A stretch of DNA of 63,184 bases, filler included, from Stramenopiles sp. TOSAG23-2 (taxonomy: Eukaryota): assembly GCA_900128395.1 (NCBI GenBank). It is 9 parts of 9 records of this genome, joined end to end, with 100 filler letters (N's around TTAATTAATTAA, not from the genome) between each part and the next. Parts side by side here need not be neighbours in the genome. Positions count along the whole stretch, not along the records: positions 25,971 to 51,791 come from LT649446.1; 8 more parts are not named here. One strand, written 5' to 3'. This document shows positions 40,555 to 51,724 of this stretch, in pieces; within the stretch, counting starts at the first letter, position 1; each line of letters begins with the position of its first letter. The notes below the pieces were generated by a model. The model saw only the letters and a program-made list of their open reading frames with translations. It ran no database searches and was not told the origin of the DNA. Made by a program: the position numbers and the translations under genes.

Positions 40555-42492
40555 TTAATTATTTTTACCTCTTTTCATTCGACTACCCCCACTTCCATCA
40601 ATATCGTTTTCATCATCATTTGAACGTTTCCTTTTACCACTAACGTTTCCCTTTACAGATTTTAATATATTATTGGCAATTACTTTCTTAGTACCGTCAT
40701 TACTGGCGCCATGCTTATCAGCTAATTGGATTAATTGATTTTTTTTCATTTTCATTAATTCAGCTAATGTAAATACTTCATCAACTTCTTCCTCTTCAAT
40801 ACTCTCTGCTTCAACGCTCTCTTCTTTTATATTTTCTTGTAATTCTTTCGTAGCTTCATCTTTATCTGTTTCTACCATCTCCGCTTCATCATTATTTGAC
40901 TCATCTGTAATATTTTTTTTAGCCTCTTTTTTCAATTTTAACGCATTAGCTTTTTCCTTCGTATAACAATGTTTACTAAATATGGTAGTACCTGGACCAT
41001 CCGGTTGTATAGCATCTTTATAAATCCAATTTTCAATCTCTTCATCATATACCAATTCAAATTTTTCCTTACTTATTGGACATATTTTAAAATTGTCATC
41101 CGCAATAACCTTTTGATTTTCAGTTGTTTTAGAAAGCATAGCATTAACTAAAGCTAAGCCATCATCCACAGCACCATCACCATTGTTGTCTTTTAAACCG
41201 GAACTACGAAGGGACAGCCATTCTTTATGATTTAAATACCACGGACGCGATACGATCTTGTCATTATCTTTGTCGCTGTTGCCAGATGTACTTTTCATTT
41301 TCTTTTTGAATACCCAGTCCAAATGAGCATTATATTCCTCCTCTGTCGCTAATCGTGCACCAGAAGTCTTGCAAAAGTATGGAAATTTTCCATATAATTT
41401 TTCAACTATATGTTCATTTCTTCTATTTACATGTTGAATAAAATTTGGAACCCCAAATACATCCTTTAAAGGGACTTTTGGAACTTTTGGTTTTGCACCT
41501 TCATTTGCCATTTGATTTAAAAATCCCAAAACAGATGCTAATGCATCACCATTTGAATTTCCATTATTATCATTTTGTCCTTTTAAAGACGAAGCACCAT
41601 CATTTTGAGTGTTTTCTCCACCAATCATATTTAATAAGTCTTCTGCTTGAGTAGAAATTGCATTGGTAATATTTGTAATATTAGGGTTTGGCAATGGTTG
41701 AATTGGTTGAGTAATAGTAGGCATATTACCATTATTATTATTATGAAATCTTGGTTGTTGGGTAATACCACCATAATTAACTTGTGAATGTTGTTGCTGA
41801 ACAAACTGTGGCGGCACTGAAGGCATCCTTGGCATACCTGGTCTCATAAATTGATTAGGATTCACCATAACTGGCATAGGTGGTTGTTGCTGAGGCATTG
41901 GCTGAAATTGAAATTGTTGTTGCACAGGCATTCGTTGAGATTGGAATTGCTGTTGTTGACCTTGCTGAAATTGCATAGCACTCATATCAATACCAACAGG
42001 TTTTAAATTCACAGCGGCACCAGTAGCATTAACAGCAGATGTATTGGCATGTGGCTTTTTTTTACCTTGCGCAATAGCCACTCTATCAGGATTTTTATTG
42101 ATCCAATCTTGTACAAAGTTATACAATGGATTTGTCACATTGGGTGGCAAAATATTTTGTTTTTGCCATGATCGTAAAACACCTCGTAACCGCAACTTGT
42201 CTTTATCATCTATATCCCTAAAACATACAATAAAAAAAGTTCCTAAATTGTTACTCAGTTCGGTGATATAGGTTCCTCGGAATTTTTTCACAATAGCATC
42301 AAGAGCATACACCAATGGAACTTTATACGAAGTTGGTACGTTTAGCATTCGTTTCACCAAATAATTCGTGACTAACGTTGCATTTGAATCCCCTTCTTTC
42401 CTTGTAGCTTCAATTATAGCACCAATTAAGTTAGAACCTGGATATTGTTTTAACTGGCCGACTGCATTTATAAATTCATTTGATAATGACAT
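40555..42492 (-). CDS. PCF11: Pre-mRNA cleavage/polyadenylation factor PCF11-like (CID, Q/P-rich linker, degenerate zinc fingers, C-terminal SAP-like motif)
   Basis: CID KVPLVYALDAIVKK; LY....FC...G.R.......HLDW.F; SRPWYL...EW; CPI..EKFE..YDEE...W..KDA. Confidence 0.88.
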   Translation of the reverse strand: MSLSNEFINAVGQLKQYPGSNLIGAIIEATRKEGDSNATLVTNYLVKRMLNVPTSYKVPLVYALDAIVKKFRGTYITELSNNLGTFFIVCFRDIDDKDKLRLRGVLRSWQKQNILPPNVTNPLYNFVQDWINKNPDRVAIAQGKKKPHANTSAVNATGAAVNLKPVGIDMSAMQFQQGQQQQFQSQRMPVQQQFQFQPMPQQQPPMPVMVNPNQFMRPGMPRMPSVPPQFVQQQHSQVNYGGITQQPRFHNNNNGNMPTITQPIQPLPNPNITNITNAISTQAEDLLNMIGGENTQNDGASSLKGQNDNNGNSNGDALASVLGFLNQMANEGAKPKVPKVPLKDVFGVPNFIQHVNRRNEHIVEKLYGKFPYFCKTSGARLATEEEYNAHLDWVFKKKMKSTSGNSDKDNDKIVSRPWYLNHKEWLSLRSSGLKDNNGDGAVDDGLALVNAMLSKTTENQKVIADDNFKICPISKEKFELVYDEEIENWIYKDAIQPDGPGTTIFSKHCYTKEKANALKLKKEAKKNITDESNNDEAEMVETDKDEATKELQENIKEESVEAESIEEEEVDEVFTLAELMKMKKNQLIQLADKHGASNDGTKKVIANNILKSVKGNVSGKRKRSNDDENDIDGSGGSRMKRGKNN

Positions 42493-43531
42493 ATTGATAC
42501 AATCTTACACAACACACACACACTTAATATTGGTTACTAGATACAATAACTGGATAGCTTGTAACACAGACTTATATAATAAAAATTTTATACTATAATA
42601 ATAATAATAGTATTACTATACGTTTACGTATATCAGAAATAATAGAGTGACACTTTTTGCAATTTAAAATACTTATTACTAAATTAGTATAGAACAATTA
42701 TAGTTTAGACGACTAAAGCTAAATAAATTATAAATAATAATAATAATAATAATACTAACAGAAGAAAGCAACGATAATTTTCTCGATTAAAACAATTTCC
42801 TTTTGATCTTCTAATTAAAATAATAAAAAATCGTTATTTCAATATTTAAATAATATGAAGTAAATGTATTACAGTACGTATACTTATATCATCTTGTGTA
42901 ATAATGAAATATTTCAATTGTATTTTTTTTTCTAATTACATACATATATTATTAATAGTAATAGGTGCATTTTTATATTATTTTATTATTTGTGTTTTTT
43001 AGAGTTCATCCTAGTCGCCTCTCACAATTCTAATTCATTTTTTTTTTTTCTGGTTGTTCTTCTTTCTAGCTTTCCAGCTTTCGATTTAAACTATTTTGGA
43101 TTTAAGGTGGTCCAGTGATAGGCGACAGTATTATACCTGGTACACAATAAGTATACGAGGAGTAAACAGGAACTACCACAACCCGAAAAAAAACCCGAGA
43201 TGCACATGTGAGAGATGTTGCAGATGCGTTACACGTTACACGCGAAAAAAATAGAATAAAAGTACAAAGAAAGCGATGGAAAAGTTTATTATATACAAGT
43301 TATACAATACATTATCTTATATCAAGAAACGAATTATATTCATATTATTAATACAATACTTCTCGTCATAATAAGCTGGTGTAAAAAAGAAAAAGAAAAG
43401 ACGATTACAATATATATATATAAGAATTATATTATTTTTTAATATATAATAATCTATAATAATTATTTAATTATTATTCTTTCGAAATAGTATAGTTTTT
43501 GTTGTCGTTGTTGTTGCACTTGTATATAAGA

Positions 43532-45598
43532 ATGCATAAAGCAAAAGCACGACGATCAATACATCAAGCCTTGAATGGTGGAAAAACTTATGGCGGTCTT
43601 AGTAGAAAAACACCGCAATCTCCATCATCGTCAGCTCGCAGAGGATCAACTTCCCCACGTAAATCAGTTGGACGATTATCCATACCTGGACTATCATCCC
43701 CACTTAGACAAGGTAATAATAGCAGCTCAGGTAGTGGCAACAAAAGTAATAAAAAACATGGTGTTAATGTTCAACCATTGGAAGTGGATACCTTAAGACC
43801 ATTAGTAGATTTGGCATATTGGAGCACATTTTTAGAAGTAAGACGTGATTGTGCAGCAGCGTTTGCAACATTGTCGATGAACGAGGCAAATTTGCAAGTA
43901 TTATCGCAAGCAGGTGCGCTTGGAGCTTTGTTAGCGTTAATTGGTGTTGGCAACAATCGTAACGATTCACAAGTACATAGGAATGCCGCAACTGCTTTAT
44001 CATATTTAGTAAAATTGAATGATATAAAATTCCGTTTACTAAAATCACCGAATGGTTTAAAAGCTTTGTTTTATTTGACGAGATCTCCAAATGTTGCTGT
44101 AAAACGAGCTGCAGTGAAGACGTTGTATAATTTAGCTGGTTTAGATGAGGCAAAAGATGTTATTGTCGATACTGGTGGTATTAGAAATTTATTAAATTTA
44201 GCAGAGGTGAAGGATGAGCGTACAAAACGACAAGCCGTTCGTGTTATCAGACGCTGTGCGGAATTACAGCGAAATAAATCTAGAATGATGGAAGAAAACA
44301 TATTAAAAGCAATAATCAATTTATTAAGTGAATGCCCTGACATAACAATGAGGAAAGATTTAGTAGAAACATTAAATTTATTAGCAGGGGAGGTGGAAAA
44401 TGCAAATAAATTAGTATCTATGGGTGCATTGATTCCGTTGTTACAACAAACCGATTTAACTGTAAGTTCTATTGAAACAGTGTTGCAATGCGTAAAAAGT
44501 ATATATTTACTGGTATCAAATAGCGCTGCAATGAATAATATAGCAAAAGTAGTAGAGGAGGGTACAATTGGTACATTAGTACGGTGTGTATTTGAAGATC
44601 TACCGCGGTTTTACAGCCAACGGCCATTAGCGGGAATGGGAGCGACGAATGATAAAAACACTGACAATGCAGCTATGATTCATGATATATTAAATGGTAT
44701 AGATGGAGGAACATCAACAGAGCAGCAAGGAAATGGTAATAATAAGCGAAGTAGTTTGAAATTTCAACAGAAACATAGCAATAGTAGCCACAAGCATCAT
44801 CGCGGACCACCACCTCCTGAAGTTGATTTAATGCGTACTGCATTGCATATATTTGAAAAAATTGCAGAGCAAAAGCGTACACGTGACACATTAGTAGAAT
44901 GGGGTGTATTAGATTATTTATTAGAAGAAACTACGTGTTTTAGCACGGATAAGCGTACGAGAAGAACAGCGAGTACAATTATTAAATTGTTAAGTGAAAA
45001 TGGTGGAGAAAGTTGTGTTCGGCATCAAGATATGGTAGCTAAAGGTACATTAAGTGTTTTAGCACAATATTTGCGCGGGGATGATTATGAATTGAGGTGC
45101 GATGCAGCTGCAGCATTGTCCCATATGTCAGTTAGTGACGAATTAAAAATGCCTATTTGTCAAGCACAAGTTCTTCCAGATTTATTGTCATTAGTTCAAC
45201 TTGGTGATAATGCGTTAACAATGCACGTTGCGCGTACAGTAGCAGAATTGGCTGATGTGACCGAAAATGAAGCAACTCTGTTTAAAGCTGGTGTATTAGA
45301 AGTTTTAGTGAAATTAATCGCCCCTTCCATTCATGATAGTGAAGCACGATTAGAAGCAGTAAGAGCATTGAGTAGTTTAAGTAGTAGTGAAAATGCAAAG
45401 AAAGAAATTGTTGGTAATGCAGCTTTAGGCCATTTAATTAGTTTAAGCAAAAGCGGGAAAGGTTTGGAGAAAATGTATGCATTGGCAACATTAACTAATT
45501 TAGCACATGATACAGCTGCTTTACGTATACAAATGGCATTTCGTGGTTTCGTTGCTAGGAAAATGGCAAAAAAAAAATTGGGATATAATAAAAAATAA
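43532..45598 (+). CDS. Armadillo-repeat protein (Vac8-like) with a C-terminal IQ motif
   Basis: Repeated G.L..L..L...A..AL..L units; AALRIQMAFRGFVARK at the C-terminus; ATG at 43532. Confidence 0.88.
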   Translation: MHKAKARRSIHQALNGGKTYGGLSRKTPQSPSSSARRGSTSPRKSVGRLSIPGLSSPLRQGNNSSSGSGNKSNKKHGVNVQPLEVDTLRPLVDLAYWSTFLEVRRDCAAAFATLSMNEANLQVLSQAGALGALLALIGVGNNRNDSQVHRNAATALSYLVKLNDIKFRLLKSPNGLKALFYLTRSPNVAVKRAAVKTLYNLAGLDEAKDVIVDTGGIRNLLNLAEVKDERTKRQAVRVIRRCAELQRNKSRMMEENILKAIINLLSECPDITMRKDLVETLNLLAGEVENANKLVSMGALIPLLQQTDLTVSSIETVLQCVKSIYLLVSNSAAMNNIAKVVEEGTIGTLVRCVFEDLPRFYSQRPLAGMGATNDKNTDNAAMIHDILNGIDGGTSTEQQGNGNNKRSSLKFQQKHSNSSHKHHRGPPPPEVDLMRTALHIFEKIAEQKRTRDTLVEWGVLDYLLEETTCFSTDKRTRRTASTIIKLLSENGGESCVRHQDMVAKGTLSVLAQYLRGDDYELRCDAAAALSHMSVSDELKMPICQAQVLPDLLSLVQLGDNALTMHVARTVAELADVTENEATLFKAGVLEVLVKLIAPSIHDSEARLEAVRALSSLSSSENAKKEIVGNAALGHLISLSKSGKGLEKMYALATLTNLAHDTAALRIQMAFRGFVARKMAKKKLGYNKK

Positions 45599-45974
45599 AA
45601 TGTTACTAGTACTATATGATTATTACAGTATTAAATGAAATTAAATATATATAGTTCTATATAAATACATGTTAAGGATATTGCTATTTTCATAATTCCA
45701 ACTATTTAAATCCATACTGTACCCTTCCTATGAATCTAAAGAATTCAATGAATAATATAATAATTTTTTTTTCTTCTTCTTCTTCTGAAAAATAATATGC
45801 TGCTGCCGTTATTATTATTATTCAAATAATTCATAATTTCAATAAAATAGACGGAATAGAAAAATATAAATTCGAAGTAAACCCAATCTATTTTTCAATC
45901 CAAATACATACAGAATACAACAAAGTGTTATTCCAATATAACTCATATATCTGAAAGCACTTTTTACATACAAA

Positions 45975-48900
45975 ATGATATCAAAAGAAAATGAAGTTGA
46001 TTGGAAAAGTGCTTTAAGTATCAAACGAGCATTGGTGAAAAGGAACTTAAGCACAAAAACGCCAAATTTGCGCGGTGATGCTCGTTTAGAAGCTTTACAA
46101 ACGCGTTTACGCACATTTCTAAGTTCTCAAGCACATGTTAACAAACTAAATAAGACTCACGGTAAAAATAGGCCATTATCCGCTTCATCGGTTGTTTCAA
46201 ATACAGAAAGCATAGTAAGTGACGGACAAACTCCACGTATTGGTACATTTACGCCAAGAGAAGTGGAAGAGTTAAACTCTGTATCAAGTCTTAAACAGGC
46301 GCTTGAAGGCATTGGTCTAAGCACCAGAACCCCAGGTGTAAAAGGTAAAGAGCGAGTTGAGGCTTTGAAGCAACGACTGTTGACAGGAGATGATGGGGGT
46401 CTGACCAGCAGAAGTGAAGGCTTAAGAAGTAGTAGGAGCGAAGGTTCAAAGACATGGCGGGATAAGTTGAATAATAGTAATAATACAAATAGTACAAGTA
46501 GTAGGCGTAACGTTCCAACAACGTCTAATAGTAATTCTTATAATTACGGCAACTCTTTTACTCATAAAAAAAAAAAACAATACGATGCTGAGGATATTGA
46601 AGAAATGAAAAGAAAATTAGCAGAAATGGAAGATGTAATAAGACCACCAATAGATTCTCCCCCGCAATCACCAAAACCACCAAGTTATGCACCACCATTT
46701 AAATCAGCAACGACTGATGATACCTCATCTGCAATTTATTGGTCTGGATGGAATAACAATAGTAATAATAACGACGGAAACAATGGGGAAGTGACGGAAA
46801 ATCAGGAAGAATCTAATAGTGATATATATGAACAAGCATATAAAAAGAATTTTCATAAATCAGCTAATAATCTTAATGAACTATTTGATCATATCGATAA
46901 AGATAAGAATGGTGTAATAGATAGAAAAGAATTTATAGAAGCTGGCATATCATCGCCATCGTCGGAAAAAGAAATACATACTGAACCAAGATTTCAAACC
47001 AACAATAACAACAACAACAATAATAATAATAAGATGACTGTTATGAATAATAATAATCAAACTTTATCTTCACATATGGGCAATGCATGGAGCAGAAAAG
47101 GTCGTCCAGATGTCATGCATAGTGTGCGAGGAGGTATCAGACGCCGTGGTGGTGGTATGACACGTGGAATGTCAAGAAGGAATTTTCACCAGCGTGGTAG
47201 TAATGGAATTAGATTAAACGTAACAAAAGCCAATAGTAATAAAAAAGATATAGCTAAACCGCCAACATCTGCGCGTCTTAATTCGCGATTTGAAGCACTT
47301 TCTAACATATACAACGACGCGGAGAAAGATTTGGAAGATAAAAAGCAGAAATACCAAAATGAAAAAAGCAATGTACAGTCATTAAAGGAACAAATCGCAT
47401 CAGTTCGATCTAAACGCGATGCTATTTGCGCTGAAAGATCAGATCCAGCATGTTCAACAGCATTGGCAAAATTAGTCGAACGATTATCAAAAGTGCGAGT
47501 AGAATTGGATCGTGCAAAGCGTAGAACATCGAGACAAAATCAAAATTTCGATACGGATGCAATCCATGGAAATGTTATGCAAAGATTTCCAATCAACGTC
47601 GCCATACAAAAGCTGGAAACAATTGAACAAGATGTTGATGCTAAAATTGATCAATTTTGTACACGGATTGTGAGGGAGGAGGAACAGAGTGAGGAACATG
47701 GCTTGAAATTTGAGCAGGAAATAAAGCGTTTATTAACACGATCGAAACAGAAAATGGAAGTATGCGAGAAGGAAATGAAAGAAAGCATTATAATAGAAAA
47801 ACGATCAAAGGTAAAACTGGAGGAAGAATTAGAGCGTCGTAGCCAACGACCCCCATTTAGTGGCCCAGAGGCAGCTAAAGATGCTTGGAAACTATGCCAA
47901 AATGCACAATTTCTTTGGCGAATTAGAGGGGAGGATGATACGGCAGACCGTGTGTTTGCACAGGCATACAATCGCAGCCCAGATAATCCCAATATTTTAC
48001 ATGCATATGCTGAATTTTTACACGAGCAAAAAAAAAATCATGCAAAAGCGATGAAATTGTTGCAAAGCTCTTATGATAGAAACCCAACCCATGTAAATAC
48101 GCTAGCATTGTATGGTCATATACTTCATCGAGTTATGAGTGAAAATGAAAAAGGTGAGACAATACTATTGAAATGTTTAGATTTATCCCCAAAGCACGTA
48201 AAGTGCCTTGTTAGCTATGCATTATTATTATCAAGTGTGAGAATGGATTTTAATGCTGCCGATCGTTGTTTCAAGCAAGCGTTGGATAATTCTCCTATGG
48301 ATGTTACTATTATGCATCATTATGCAAGATTTTTAAAGAAAAAACGCGGTGATTATAATGGCGCCGAAAAATTATATAAAGAAGCTTTAAAAATCGATCC
48401 ATGTCATCCAAAAGTATTATCCGCCTATGCTAATTTTTTAATGAAAGTACGTGGCGATTATCCAAAAGCAGAGAAATATTACCAAGCTGCTGTTACGGTT
48501 GTACCAAATTCTGCTACAGCGCTTGGAAATTTGGCAAACTTTTTCCAACGGGTAAAAGGTAATCCAGCAATTGCACAGGAATTCTATCTTAAAGCGATGC
48601 AACATGATCCAAACCATCCGTCCGTTAAGCGTAATTATGCAATATTGCTTCGAGATTTTCCTGAGTTACGGACACCAAACACGGAAAGAGCCGTGGGAAC
48701 TCCAAGTCACGTTAAAATCCAACGTGGAGGCAATAGAGGCAACAGAAACAATGATGATGTCAATAAGATACCATCTTATCAACCACAGATTCCAATAAAT
48801 CCATCTGGGCGATCCCGAACTCCAAATCGTCGTGGTAGGTCGAGATCACCAAATAATCGCAGATCGAGATCACCAGCAAATCGAAGATCAAGATCACCAG

Positions 48901-49046
48901 GTGGTCGTCGTTCTCAATCTCCTGCGCGAATTAGAAGATTGGCTAGCCGTCAAGGAACTCCTCAAGTTGTAAAAGAATCAAGCTTAGATGTTGTCGTTGA
49001 AGCTACACCACGTACTGAAGCTGGACTGAGAACTAGTAGAAGATAA
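45975..49046 (+). CDS. TPR protein with two N-terminal SAP-like repeats, an EF-hand, a coiled coil and an RS/SP-rich tail
   Basis: EF loop DKDKNGVIDRKE; about 8 TPR-like units (YA.FL.....DY..AE..Y..AL..DP); RSRSP repeats. Confidence 0.88.
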   Translation: MISKENEVDWKSALSIKRALVKRNLSTKTPNLRGDARLEALQTRLRTFLSSQAHVNKLNKTHGKNRPLSASSVVSNTESIVSDGQTPRIGTFTPREVEELNSVSSLKQALEGIGLSTRTPGVKGKERVEALKQRLLTGDDGGLTSRSEGLRSSRSEGSKTWRDKLNNSNNTNSTSSRRNVPTTSNSNSYNYGNSFTHKKKKQYDAEDIEEMKRKLAEMEDVIRPPIDSPPQSPKPPSYAPPFKSATTDDTSSAIYWSGWNNNSNNNDGNNGEVTENQEESNSDIYEQAYKKNFHKSANNLNELFDHIDKDKNGVIDRKEFIEAGISSPSSEKEIHTEPRFQTNNNNNNNNNNKMTVMNNNNQTLSSHMGNAWSRKGRPDVMHSVRGGIRRRGGGMTRGMSRRNFHQRGSNGIRLNVTKANSNKKDIAKPPTSARLNSRFEALSNIYNDAEKDLEDKKQKYQNEKSNVQSLKEQIASVRSKRDAICAERSDPACSTALAKLVERLSKVRVELDRAKRRTSRQNQNFDTDAIHGNVMQRFPINVAIQKLETIEQDVDAKIDQFCTRIVREEEQSEEHGLKFEQEIKRLLTRSKQKMEVCEKEMKESIIIEKRSKVKLEEELERRSQRPPFSGPEAAKDAWKLCQNAQFLWRIRGEDDTADRVFAQAYNRSPDNPNILHAYAEFLHEQKKNHAKAMKLLQSSYDRNPTHVNTLALYGHILHRVMSENEKGETILLKCLDLSPKHVKCLVSYALLLSSVRMDFNAADRCFKQALDNSPMDVTIMHHYARFLKKKRGDYNGAEKLYKEALKIDPCHPKVLSAYANFLMKVRGDYPKAEKYYQAAVTVVPNSATALGNLANFFQRVKGNPAIAQEFYLKAMQHDPNHPSVKRNYAILLRDFPELRTPNTERAVGTPSHVKIQRGGNRGNRNNDDVNKIPSYQPQIPINPSGRSRTPNRRGRSRSPNNRRSRSPANRRSRSPGGRRSQSPARIRRLASRQGTPQVVKESSLDVVVEATPRTEAGLRTSRR

Positions 49047-49064
49047 AAGGTATATAATTAAAAT

Positions 49065-49106
49065 GCATAACTTATTTTTTAATTTACTCATGATAATTCC
49101 TACTCT
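49065..49106 (+). repeat. Dispersed 42-bp element; other copies at 49440-49480 and 56638-56675
   Basis: GCATAA(C/T)TTATTTTTAATTTACTCATGATAATTCCTAC(TCT) is near-identical in three places. Confidence 0.9.
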
Positions 49107-49660
49107 CCAGAAAGAATACAATAAGTGCAAAGACAATAATATCTATACGTATCTCACTAAACTGAAAGATGGACAATAAATCGTAACATTGCGATAGAGA
49201 GTTCATTGAAATCCACAGAGTGTGCCAATATTTTTTTATATATATAATATTTTAAAGATTATAAAAACATTGGTGGAGGTAAATAGATGCAATTAACACA
49301 TTATATATAAATATGCATCGATTGAAAAACCGTGTATTGTTCAAAGGTGTGTGGTACATCGTACCGTGGTAGAGTATATATATCATGATCAGAAGATAAA
49401 AAAAAATAAAATATACTTCGAGTATTAATTTAGTTTTACGCATAATTTATTTTTAATTTACTCATGATAATTCCTACTCTTCATTAAATAATGATCATAT
49501 CTTTTTTCTGAAAGGAAAATTTTTTTTCTTATCTTAGTAAATATAAATATGATATATGATACGTAGGAGAGAGAAGTTTAGTTCTCTACACACACAATTT
49601 ATAAAATCATTAAGCTAATACACACATATATGTATATTATTTTTTGATCTCTTTTACATT

Positions 49661-51346
49661 TTAAACATTTGGCAAAATTTTAAATACACTGTCAATTATT
49701 ACAATAAGCAAAGTCAAAACAAGGCATATAGAACCAGACCAGAAAAATAATGTACCAACTGCTAAACACTGTGGCGAAGTTATGAGGCAATCACCAATAA
49801 AATACCCACTAGACACACTAACAAATATTTGTGCAGCTGGAAGTGTATTGTTACACAATGCGGTTGCCCATGCAACTTTATCATGACCAACGACGTCGCG
49901 TATCAAAGAATATATCGCAGTATTGTGTACGGAAAACATTGCCCCTGTTAAAAACATTAAGCCACATAAAATTAATGGTTCATTCGGACCTACAAACCAA
50001 AATGCAATCATCAATATACAATAAGAAATTTCACATACAAACCAAACTTTTTTAATTCCAAAAATCCGAGTAAAAAAACGATATCCATATACCGTATATA
50101 ATAAACCAGAAAACGTTTGTATTGCAAACGTTACTAACGCTGTCCTTAAACCGGTAGTTTCAAAAATGGTATCTATCCCAATCCAGGCTGTCCACCAAAA
50201 ACATGCATTGCATAGCAAGACCCATCCTAAAAATTGGAGTAAAAGGAGTAAAACTAATGGGAAAATATAATATTTCAAATTTCGTTTTTCTTCACTATGA
50301 TTATGAATACTATAACTTTCCGTATCTACAATACTATTATTATTATCATAATTATTATCATTAGTATCTAATTCATTCCGAGTATGATCATACCAATCCA
50401 AGTTGCTACTTAGATCATTAACTTGATCTTCTTCAGCCATCGATGTTGTTCGTATTATTGCTCCTTCGCTACTTCTCAATTGTTGATAATTATTTTCATT
50501 ATCATTACCATCCTCAGCCATAGATGTTGTTCGTGTTATTGCTGCTTCGCTACTTCTCAATAGTTGATAATTATTCTCATTATCATTACCATCCTCATCC
50601 TCGCCATTTTTGCTATATTTAAAATCTTCATCAACACCAAATATCAATGCTGTACCACATGCAAAAATCAAAAATACGGCGCTTGATAATAGAAGTGATT
50701 GATAATGATTAAAGTAACCTTTAAAATTCAAATTAAAACTACCTACAAGTAATGCCAAAAAGCGGCCTATTAATTGATATAATGTATACATGTTGTCTGC
50801 TTGTGATTCTAAATCTTTTTCAATTTCTTTTATTTCTTCATCCGTAAAACTCTTATAATCATCCAGTTTATCTTTGGAAGGCAATAATGATAAGACCATA
50901 TCCAACAACATACTACGACCTGGTATTAACAGAATATCATGTGCCAAATCCATACAACCAAATGCAGTAAAGCATACAACTATTTGTGCCATTCTTGCTA
51001 AGTGCCAATCAGTATAAAATACTAAAACGAGTAAACCAGCAACTGCGACAGCACCAAAAAGAAAAACAAAAGGCTTACGCTTGCCCCAAAATTTAGATTC
51101 ACAAGAATCTGATGCGTTTCCAACAAGTGGTTGAAGACAAATACCGAAAACAGGATTGACTAAAAATATGAAGCCCGCAGCAGTCGGACTTAATAAAATG
51201 GGAGGATTTAATAAATGTGGTATAATCACAGCTTCTCCAGCAGCCCAACCATATTCTACACATGCACCTGTCAAAGAAACCAAATGATATTTAATATGTA
51301 CAATTTTAGGTATGATAAGTTTCTGCGATGGTGATCTAGATGCCAT
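49661..51346 (-). CDS. Sucrose/H+ symporter-like MFS transporter (SUT/SLC45 family)
   Basis: ACVEYGWA, GICLQPLVGNASDSCESKFWGKRKPF, PGRSMLLD; about 12 TMs; large central loop. Confidence 0.9.
   Translation of the reverse strand: MASRSPSQKLIIPKIVHIKYHLVSLTGACVEYGWAAGEAVIIPHLLNPPILLSPTAAGFIFLVNPVFGICLQPLVGNASDSCESKFWGKRKPFVFLFGAVAVAGLLVLVFYTDWHLARMAQIVVCFTAFGCMDLAHDILLIPGRSMLLDMVLSLLPSKDKLDDYKSFTDEEIKEIEKDLESQADNMYTLYQLIGRFLALLVGSFNLNFKGYFNHYQSLLLSSAVFLIFACGTALIFGVDEDFKYSKNGEDEDGNDNENNYQLLRSSEAAITRTTSMAEDGNDNENNYQQLRSSEGAIIRTTSMAEEDQVNDLSSNLDWYDHTRNELDTNDNNYDNNNSIVDTESYSIHNHSEEKRNLKYYIFPLVLLLLLQFLGWVLLCNACFWWTAWIGIDTIFETTGLRTALVTFAIQTFSGLLYTVYGYRFFTRIFGIKKVWFVCEISYCILMIAFWFVGPNEPLILCGLMFLTGAMFSVHNTAIYSLIRDVVGHDKVAWATALCNNTLPAAQIFVSVSSGYFIGDCLITSPQCLAVGTLFFWSGSICLVLTLLIVIIDSVFKILPNV
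50435..50596 (-). repeat. 81-bp in-frame tandem duplication in the transporter's central loop
   Basis: EDGNDNENNYQ(L/Q)LRSSE(A/G)AI(T/I)RTTSMA twice. Confidence 0.93.
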
Positions 51347-51724
51347 CCTTTGCCTATATACACGTGTGTATCTAGATAAATTAAAACTAATTTAGGAAAA
51401 CATGTTTAGCAATTCAAACTATTAATATATATTTATTGCACATCTCATTTTGAAATCATCTGTCTAGAGAGTGGAAAATATTATTTATCGGAAGTAAATG
51501 CATTATTTCTATACCTTGTTTTTTTAATTATGGAATTATGTAGTCAAAATATAATATTAATAATATATTTTATAAAGGTATATTTATATCGGATATATCT
51601 CGTATATTTATGATAATAATGTTATATTGATATAAAAATGTAATTTAGAGCAGGAAACCATGATGACATCTATAATTGTATTTATTATAACAAAAGCAAG
51701 CGGGCAAGCTGGCAAGCAAAGCAA

